From an uncultured bacterium (lineage in GTDB: Bacteria; Krumholzibacteriota; Krumholzibacteriia; LZORAL124-64-63): a DNA stretch of 64,000 bases. The notes under the pieces were generated by a model that did not search any database, had not been told where the DNA came from, and saw nothing but the letters and a program-made list of their open reading frames with translations. Below, in pieces: positions 1 through 6,894 of this stretch; position 1 is the first letter of the stretch, and each line of letters opens with the position of its first letter. The stretch is from the NCBI GenBank assembly GCA_963727525.1, contig CAVSGO010000007.1:1344001-1408000 (forward strand), in the 5' to 3' direction. A program made the translations under genes and the position numbers.

Positions 1-39
1 CGCGGTTTCCGCCGGAGCGAGCGTTGTCGGTGCAGGCAT
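1..39 (-). CDS. 5' start of a gene running off the left edge (MPAPTTLAPAETA...)
   Basis: ATG at 39-37 preceded by purine-rich GGAAAGGAAAGG and a sigma70-like promoter; only 13 codons visible. Confidence 0.5.
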   Translation of the reverse strand, partial: MPAPTTLAPAETA

Positions 40-71
40 CGCCTTTCCTTTCCATTGGCGTGACGCGCGAC

Positions 72-100
72 AGGTTAGCCTCCCGACCGCAGCCAGGCAA
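72..100 (-). promoter_or_regulatory. sigma70-like promoter
   Basis: Minus strand TTGCCT-17 nt-TAACCT, upstream of the ATG at 39. Confidence 0.5.
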
Positions 101-120
101 GGTCGATGCACACGAATGCG

Positions 121-152
121 AAAAGGGTCGGCCCCCAGCGAGGGGCCGACCC
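121..152 (-). terminator. Intrinsic terminator
   Basis: 11-bp stem GGGTCGGCCCC/GGGGCCGACCC with a 6-nt loop, followed by TTTT on the minus strand. Confidence 0.7.
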
Positions 153-315
153 CGAAGCAACCTGCGATCGCATCCTCCGATCAGGTTGCGCCAGTACGCC
201 GCAGATAGGATAGTGCGTATTCGATCTGCTCGAGAGCGCCCCGGCACTGGCCATGTCCGAAGACGGCCGCAGGTTTGTCCACAAGCAGGCGTCCGCCGTG
301 ACACCCGGGGCCATG
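121..315 (-). ncRNA. Candidate structured small RNA (alternatively a 33-aa small ORF at 282-181)
   Basis: Several hairpins, including GTC-TTCG-GAC, GCAGAT/ATCTGC and GCAACCTG/CAGGTTGC, ending in a terminator; no known family recognised. Confidence 0.3.
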
Positions 316-329
316 ATGCCGCGCGTCTC

Positions 330-346
330 TCACGATTCCATCACAA
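330..346. promoter_or_regulatory. Direct-repeat box TCACGATTCCATCACAA (copy 1)
   Basis: Identical 17-mer at 50835-50851; TCAC half-sites 11 bp apart. Confidence 0.5.
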
Positions 347-526
347 GAAGTGTCTATTTTCTGGATAGCCCCGATTTTATCTTAAAATACGATATTATGC
401 GCTGATAAAAGTCCCGATATCGGGATGAATATTATAGTTGGCCACGATCTATCAAACTGATATAATTGCAGTTAGCAAAGAGTATCACGATCGGCATTTC
501 GCCAGGGATAGCTTCAGGAGCGCACC

Positions 527-1255
527 ATGGAAAGTCTGCAACCGCAATCCCGCCGCCTGCTCATCATCGAGGACGACCGCGAACTCATCGATTTGCTCAG
601 TCTGCACCTGCAATCCGAGGGATTCGACGTGGCTGCGGCCGCGGACGGCGAAGCCGGTCTGCGGGCCTTCCAGTCGGGCCCCTGGGCTCTGGTGATTCTC
701 GACTGGATGCTGCCCTCGATGAGCGGACTGGACGTGCTGCGGGAGATCCGCCTCGGCGACACCCGCACCCCCGTCCTCATGCTCACGGCCCGCGGCGAGG
801 AGGCCGACCGCGTGCTCGGCCTGGAGCTGGGTTGCGACGACTACATGACCAAGCCGTTCAGCGTGCGCGAACTGATCGCGCGGATCAAGGTGCTGCGGCG
901 CCGGATCGAGCGCGCCGAGGAACTGGCCCGCATCGCCGCCGGCGACCGCATCATCGACATCGGCCCGCTGAAGATCGACCATAGCAAGCGCAAGGTGCAG
1001 GTCGATGGAACCCCCATCCAGCTCACGGTGAAGGAATACGACCTGCTCTATACGCTCGCGTCCCGGCCGGGCCGCACGTTCAGCCGCCGCCAGCTCCTCG
1101 ATCTGGTGTGGGATCAGGATTCCGACGTCTACGAGCACACCGTCAACTCGCACATCAATCGGCTGCGCAACAAGGTCGAGAAGAATCCGAACCGTCCACG
1201 GCTCATCCTGACAGTGTGGGGCATCGGGTACCGCTTCACCGAAGAGTACCTGTGA
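527..1255 (+). CDS. OmpR/PhoB-family response regulator
   Basis: REC domain (IIEDD, LDWMLP, DDYMTKPF) plus winged helix (TVWGIGYRF); RBS AGGAG. Confidence 0.95.
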   Translation: MESLQPQSRRLLIIEDDRELIDLLSLHLQSEGFDVAAAADGEAGLRAFQSGPWALVILDWMLPSMSGLDVLREIRLGDTRTPVLMLTARGEEADRVLGLELGCDDYMTKPFSVRELIARIKVLRRRIERAEELARIAAGDRIIDIGPLKIDHSKRKVQVDGTPIQLTVKEYDLLYTLASRPGRTFSRRQLLDLVWDQDSDVYEHTVNSHINRLRNKVEKNPNRPRLILTVWGIGYRFTEEYL

Positions 1256-1257
1256 CC

Positions 1258-2775
1258 ATGCGCGCCCCCCGTTTCACGCACTCGCTGCACATACGGGTCA
1301 TGGCCCTGTTCCTGCTGCTGCTCGCACTGAGCGGCGGGGCCTACGCGTGGTGGGTGAACACCACGATCCTCAGGCCCTCGAGCAATCCCGTGGCCGATCA
1401 TTGGTGGAACGATCTCGCCGAGGGCGAGATCGACAGCCTCGGACTGGCCGTAGCCACGCATGTCGACGATCCGGTGCGGCTGTCCACCGACCTCACCCGT
1501 TACGGTGCGCGGGTGCGGGCGTTCGAGGCGGAGGTGGCCGTGGTCGACAGCAGCGGTCAGGTGATGGCCACGAGTGCGCCCGAGAGCCTCGCTGCGGCCA
1601 TCGGCGAGATCGATCCGCAGCTGCTTTCCGCCATGGCCCGGCCCGACTGGGACTTCGACAGCTATCCCGACCCCACGTCCTTCGACGCGTACGTCAACCG
1701 CATCTTCCAGGTGGAGGCACTGCCCTCGCCCGGCGACAGCACCATCGCTCAGGGCTACCTGGTTGCAACCTTCATGCCGGTCACGATCACGCCGGCGGAG
1801 CTGCAGACGAATTTCCGCCAGCTCTGGGTCCAGGCCATCGTGATCATGCTCGCCGCCGGCGCGCTCAGCGGTCTCATCGTGATGGTCTGGTTGAGCCGAC
1901 GCGTGCGCACACTGAGTCATGGCGTGGCCGCCTTCGCGGAGGGCGAGTTCACCCGCCGAGTGCCGGCCACCAGCGGCGACGACCTGGGACGCCTCGGCCG
2001 CAACTTCAACACGATGGCCTCGCATCTGGAGACGCTGATCCAGGAGCTGCGCAACAAGGAGCAGTTCCAGCGCCAGCTCATCGCCAACATCTCCCACGAT
2101 CTGCGCTCGCCGATGGCCGCCCTGCGCGGATACGTGGAGACGCTGGTCCTGCGCGGCGATCGTCTCGACGCCCAGGAACGCGACCGCTACCTCGAGATCA
2201 TTAGCGGCAACCTCGACCACCTCGACCATCTGGTCGACCATCTCCTGCAGCTCTCGCGGCTTGACGCGGGACAGGCGCGCTTCCAGATGGAGGAATTCTC
2301 GCTGCCCGAACTGCTCGACGGCGTGCTGGCGCGCTGCGCCGCCCTCGCCGAGCGCAAGGGGCTCACGTTGCGCGCCGACGTGCCCGACGATCTCCCCCTC
2401 GTGCACGCCGACCCCTTGCAGATCGCGCAGGTGCTGCAGAACCTGGTCGACAACGGTACCAAGTTCAATCACGAGGGCGGCGAGGTCGTGGTCTCGGCCG
2501 CGAATGTCGCCGGCCGCGTGAGCGTCGCCGTGCGCGACAATGGCGAGGGCATCGCGCCGGAGATCCTGCCGCGCATCTTCGACCGTTTCTACACCGCCGA
2601 CGTGAGCCGCCACCGCAAGGGCGAGAGCAACGGCCTGGGCCTGGCGATCAGCCAGAAGATCGTGCAGGGTCACGGCAGTGAGATCCGCGTGACCAGCCAG
2701 CAGAATCAGGGCTCGATCTTCACGTTCGAGCTGCCGGCGGCCGAGGCATTGCAATCGGATGCCGCCAAGGGCTAG
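1258..2775 (+). CDS. Sensor histidine kinase (two TM, HAMP, HisKA, HATPase)
   Basis: H-box ISHDLRSP, N-box NLVDNGTKF, G boxes DNGEGI and GLGLAI; begins 2 nt after the regulator stop. Confidence 0.95.
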   Translation: MRAPRFTHSLHIRVMALFLLLLALSGGAYAWWVNTTILRPSSNPVADHWWNDLAEGEIDSLGLAVATHVDDPVRLSTDLTRYGARVRAFEAEVAVVDSSGQVMATSAPESLAAAIGEIDPQLLSAMARPDWDFDSYPDPTSFDAYVNRIFQVEALPSPGDSTIAQGYLVATFMPVTITPAELQTNFRQLWVQAIVIMLAAGALSGLIVMVWLSRRVRTLSHGVAAFAEGEFTRRVPATSGDDLGRLGRNFNTMASHLETLIQELRNKEQFQRQLIANISHDLRSPMAALRGYVETLVLRGDRLDAQERDRYLEIISGNLDHLDHLVDHLLQLSRLDAGQARFQMEEFSLPELLDGVLARCAALAERKGLTLRADVPDDLPLVHADPLQIAQVLQNLVDNGTKFNHEGGEVVVSAANVAGRVSVAVRDNGEGIAPEILPRIFDRFYTADVSRHRKGESNGLGLAISQKIVQGHGSEIRVTSQQNQGSIFTFELPAAEALQSDAAKG

Positions 2776-2799
2776 GCCAGCGCCACCGCCGTCGTCGCG

Positions 2800-4554
2800 T
2801 CAGCGCCGCAGCTCCCGCACCACCACCACCGCTGCCACTGCCGCAATGGCCAGCAGGCCGAGCCCCGCGCCTGTGCTTCCCAGCACGAGCTTGCCGATCC
2901 CGAAGAGGATCCCGTACACCATCACGACACCGGCAAGCCACACGCCCACGATCCCCCAGGACAGCCCGTCGCACCGCACCTCCGGGCAGGCAGCTGCCAC
3001 CGGCCCCCAGGCCCCGCCCGGACGGACGCGGCGGTAGAATCCGGAGAGGCGGGCGATCGGTTCCGGCTGGGTAAGGAAGGTGGCCGTCAGCCAGACGACC
3101 AGGGTGAAGGGAACGAGGATGAGCACCTTGTGGTGGGTCTGCAGAACCATGCCGTGCAGGTGAAGCGGCGACGAGAAGAGCTGGTAAGCGCGCCCCGCCT
3201 GGATGCCCGCAGCCACCTCGAATCCTACGGCCCCCACCACGCTCGCGGCCAGGGCCGCGATCTCGCTCCACGCGTTGATGCGCCACCAGAACCAGCGCAG
3301 GATGAGCACGGGACCGATCCCCGCCCCCATCGCCCACACGAAGAGCCAGGCCTTGCCGATGCTCTGCAGGGAATACGCCACGAGGACGGCCAGGCTCATC
3401 AACACCGCCACCGCCACCTTGGCCGCAGCCACGGCCTCGTGTTCCCCGGCCTGCGGCCGCACGAAGCGCCGGTACACGTCGTTGACGAGGTAGCTCGCCC
3501 CCCAGTTGAGATGCGTGTCGACGGTGGACATGAAGGCCGCCAGGAAGCTCACGAGCATCATGCCGAGCAGTCCGGGGCCGAGCACCATGGCCATCACCTG
3601 CGGATAGGCCGCCTCGTCACTCATTCCGGCCGGCATGTTCGGTACGAGCACGAGCGAGCACAGTGCCACGACGATCCACGGCCAGTAGCGCACCGCGTTC
3701 ACCGCGACCGCGTACCACAGCGTGGCCCCGCGGGCGTGTCGTTCGTTGCGGGCCGCGGCCATGCGCTGGATCAGGTAGCCGCCGCCGTCGGCGTTGTGAC
3801 TGGCCCACCACATCACCGTCACGAAGATGAGGAACTTCCCGAAGTTGGCGTGGCCGGGAATGAACGCCAGCGTGTCGGGATGCACGAGTGGCGAGGCCGC
3901 GAGCTTCGCCTGAAGCTCCGCGATCCCCCCCACGCGCCCCACGGCCACCACCGCCAGGGTGATCGATCCCGCCATCGCGAGCACGAACTGCACCACGTCG
4001 GTGACGACCACGCCCCAGAAGCCGGCCATCAGCGAATAGCTCAGCGCCAGCGCCGCGCCGCCCACCACCGCGACCGTGGACGGGATGCCCAGCACGGTCT
4101 GCGCCACCGTGGCCATGCCCTTGAGCACCCAGCCCAGCACGATGAAGTTGTAGAGGACGGCGAAATAGACCGCCTTGAATCCGCGCAGCAGCGCCGCCGG
4201 CCGGCCCGCATAGCGCAGTTCGATCAGCTCGTTGTCGGTGACCACCTCCGCGCGCCGCCAGAAGCGGCTGAAGAGGAACACCGCCATCGTCTGGCTCAGT
4301 ACGTAATGCCAGCCGAACCAGTTGTACCAGATGCCGTCGTGGCGAACGAAGCCGGTCACGGCCAGCGGCGTGTCGGCCGCGAACGTGGTGGCCACCATGC
4401 TCGTCCCCAGCACCCACCACGGCAACGACCGCCCCGCGAGGAAGTACTCCTGACTGCTCCGGCTCGCGCGGCGGGAAAAGAGCAATCCCAGGGTGAGCGT
4501 CAAGACCAGGTAGAGGGCGATGACGATCCAGTCGAGCAGATGCAGATCGGCCAC
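2800..4554 (-). CDS. Sodium:solute symporter (SSS) family
   Basis: EYFLAGRSLPWW, SMVATTFAADTP, AAFMSTVDTHLNWG; many TM segments; GTG start after GAGGA. Confidence 0.9.
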   Translation of the reverse strand: MADLHLLDWIVIALYLVLTLTLGLLFSRRASRSSQEYFLAGRSLPWWVLGTSMVATTFAADTPLAVTGFVRHDGIWYNWFGWHYVLSQTMAVFLFSRFWRRAEVVTDNELIELRYAGRPAALLRGFKAVYFAVLYNFIVLGWVLKGMATVAQTVLGIPSTVAVVGGAALALSYSLMAGFWGVVVTDVVQFVLAMAGSITLAVVAVGRVGGIAELQAKLAASPLVHPDTLAFIPGHANFGKFLIFVTVMWWASHNADGGGYLIQRMAAARNERHARGATLWYAVAVNAVRYWPWIVVALCSLVLVPNMPAGMSDEAAYPQVMAMVLGPGLLGMMLVSFLAAFMSTVDTHLNWGASYLVNDVYRRFVRPQAGEHEAVAAAKVAVAVLMSLAVLVAYSLQSIGKAWLFVWAMGAGIGPVLILRWFWWRINAWSEIAALAASVVGAVGFEVAAGIQAGRAYQLFSSPLHLHGMVLQTHHKVLILVPFTLVVWLTATFLTQPEPIARLSGFYRRVRPGGAWGPVAAACPEVRCDGLSWGIVGVWLAGVVMVYGILFGIGKLVLGSTGAGLGLLAIAAVAAVVVVRELRR

Positions 4555-4647
4555 GGCGACGTCCTCGGGGTTCGTGCAGCTGAGGGCATGGCGTCGGGCC
4601 ATTGAATCAGCCGTATGTGGACATCGTCAATAGTCTTCGCGGCCGTC

Positions 4648-5805
4648 TCAGCGGAAGAGCGCCTTCACCGTGCCCCAGGTGCGTGGCTCGGTGGCCACCT
4701 CGCCCCCGGCCACCGGAACGACATCCACGACGAGACGGACATCCGGATCGTCGGCGTGATCGAGGATCCAGGCGGAGATCGTCGCCAGGTCGGTGGTGCC
4801 CCACCAGTTGCCGGTGAGGTCGGCGTGGTCGTCGCCGGTTGGCGAGCCCTGGCCAGCGCGGACGGACCAGGCATCCGGGGCGGTGCGCAGCACGTGCCCG
4901 GCCGTGAACGAGACGTCGGCGCAATCGTCGAGCGCGATCGCCGTCACGCCGCTGCTGACCACCGTGCCTGTGGCCATGAGCCGTGCGTCGTGTCCCACCA
5001 TGACGATGCCCGAAGCCGTCGGCTCGTCGACATGGGAATCGACAACTATCGCCGCGCTCGTGTCGGACACGAAGAAGGCGTCGCTGGTGTGGTCATGGAC
5101 ATAGCAGCGCCGGAACGTGCCCTGGCTGCCCTGCAGCAGCATCGCCCCGTGCATCCCACCGGAGAGGATGGCGTCCTCCACGGTCGCCTCGGTCACGCCC
5201 GCGCCGACGAGGCGCACACCGCTGCCGCAATCCTGGAACAGGCACGAGCGCAGCGCGAGCGGCCCATCGGTGCTCGACGCCTGGAACCCGATGTTCCCGC
5301 GCACGAATACGCAGCCGACCATGTCGCTGCCGTTCGCGAAATCGCCGCGGATGCCGTAACCGCAATCCGCGAAGCGGCACGCGGCGACGCTGGCGGCGTA
5401 GTGGTCGACGTCCAGGGCGATCCCCACGACGTTGCTCACCGCAAGCGTCTCCAGGGTGAGGTGCGCGATGCCGCGTCCCACGATGGCGCGTACGGTGCCG
5501 GGATCGTGGGTGCCCGACAGGTCGGGCCCGATGATCGTCTGCCCCGCGCCAGCGCCCCGGATTAGGAGATCGTCGGTCTCGACGAGGGCGTAGACGTCCG
5601 TGCCCACACCGCCGATGTCCACCGTGGCATAGTCCTGGTAATGGCCCGTCGCAATGCTGATGGTGTCGCCCGCGGACGCCGCGGCTAGCGCGGGCTGGAT
5701 CGTCGTGAAGTCGCCCGTGCCGTCCAGGACGACGCGCCAGTCGCGAGCGCTGGCCGGGATGGCCGCGAGCAGCAAGGCGAGGAATGCGAGGGTCGGGCGT
5801 CGCAT
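4648..5805 (-). CDS. Secreted right-handed beta-helix (pectin-lyase-like) protein with C-terminal TWGTVKALFR tail
   Basis: Signal peptide MRRPTLAFLALLLAAIPASA; DGTGDFTTIQPAL...GDTI..G.Y start; NWWG motif. Confidence 0.8.
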   Translation of the reverse strand: MRRPTLAFLALLLAAIPASARDWRVVLDGTGDFTTIQPALAAASAGDTISIATGHYQDYATVDIGGVGTDVYALVETDDLLIRGAGAGQTIIGPDLSGTHDPGTVRAIVGRGIAHLTLETLAVSNVVGIALDVDHYAASVAACRFADCGYGIRGDFANGSDMVGCVFVRGNIGFQASSTDGPLALRSCLFQDCGSGVRLVGAGVTEATVEDAILSGGMHGAMLLQGSQGTFRRCYVHDHTSDAFFVSDTSAAIVVDSHVDEPTASGIVMVGHDARLMATGTVVSSGVTAIALDDCADVSFTAGHVLRTAPDAWSVRAGQGSPTGDDHADLTGNWWGTTDLATISAWILDHADDPDVRLVVDVVPVAGGEVATEPRTWGTVKALFR

Positions 5806-5947
5806 GTCATGTCCTTCCCGGTGGCGTGACGGAGCCGTGGCTGCCGAGGATGGCACGTAAACCGTATCGGCGACCTCGCGCCAGCGCCCCTTGCGCCCCG
5901 GTGCGTGCCGCACCTACCATGGCGGCATGACCAGCGAGGAGACCGCC

Positions 5948-6514
5948 ATGAGCAAGACCGTGCTCGTTCCCATCGCCGACGGTTCCGAGGAGATCGAGGC
6001 CGTCACGATCGTCGACACGCTGCGGCGCGCCGGCGCCACCGTCACCGTCGCTGCCGTCGGCGACCGTCTCGAGGTACAGTGCTCCCGCGGCGTGAGACTG
6101 GTGGCCGACACGCTCCTGGCGCGCGTCCGCGATCAGCGCTTCGACCTGATCGCCCTGCCGGGGGGGCAACGCGGCGCCGAGCGCCTGCGCGATAGCGACG
6201 GACTCGTGGCACTGCTGCGCGACCAGGTGGCGCGCGATGCTCCGGTCGGCGCGGTGTGCGCAGCGCCCGGCGTGGTGCTGGCCACCCACGACCTGCTCGG
6301 CGGTCGGCAGGTGACGAGCCACCCCAGCGTCTTCGAGACGCTGCCCGCGGCGACGCGTCGCGAGGACCGTGTCGTGGTGGACGGATCGCTGGTCACCAGC
6401 CGTGGGCCGGGCACGGCCCTCGAATTCGCGCTGGCGTTGGTGGAACTGCTCTACGGCGCCGCGCAGCGCGAGGCCGTGGCGGGTCCGATGCTCGTGGCGA
6501 AGGGGATGCGATGA
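5948..6514 (+). CDS. DJ-1/PfpI (YajL/ThiJ) family protein
   Basis: GSEEIEAVTIVDTLRRAG, LPGG, AVCAAP nucleophile Cys, TSRGPGTA. Confidence 0.93.
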   Translation: MSKTVLVPIADGSEEIEAVTIVDTLRRAGATVTVAAVGDRLEVQCSRGVRLVADTLLARVRDQRFDLIALPGGQRGAERLRDSDGLVALLRDQVARDAPVGAVCAAPGVVLATHDLLGGRQVTSHPSVFETLPAATRREDRVVVDGSLVTSRGPGTALEFALALVELLYGAAQREAVAGPMLVAKGMR

Positions 6515-6894
6515 AGGCCCTCGTGATCGTGGCGCACGGCAGCCGCCTGCCCGAGGGCAATGAGCTCGTGCGGCGACTCGCGTCGCGCGTGCGCCGGCAG
6601 GCGAGCGGACGCTTCGTCCACGTGACCAGCGCGTTCATCGAGCACGGCACGCCCACCACCGCCGAGGCGATCGAGCAGTGCATCGGGCTGGGGGCGCGGG
6701 AGGTCCTGGTGCTGCCCTACCTGCTGGCGCCGGGCAAGCACCTGAACGACGACATCCCGGCCGCGGTGCAGTCGCGCCAGAAGGCGCATCCGGACGTGTT
6801 GATGCGCACGGCCCCCTGCGTCGGCTGCGCCGAGGGCATGGCGCGCCTGTTACTCGAGCTGGTCGGGGTTCCGCCCAGCGTCGATGATCTCTAG
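6511..6894 (+). CDS. CbiX/SirB-family small chelatase
   Basis: IVAHGSR, AFIE, PYLLAPGKHLNDDIP; ATGA overlap with the upstream gene. Confidence 0.85.
   Translation: MKALVIVAHGSRLPEGNELVRRLASRVRRQASGRFVHVTSAFIEHGTPTTAEAIEQCIGLGAREVLVLPYLLAPGKHLNDDIPAAVQSRQKAHPDVLMRTAPCVGCAEGMARLLLELVGVPPSVDDL

Noticed and set aside
24-368. 114-aa plus-strand ORF and 79-aa minus-strand ORF (75-314)
   Set aside because: No motifs; both cross a terminator hairpin and promoter-like sequence
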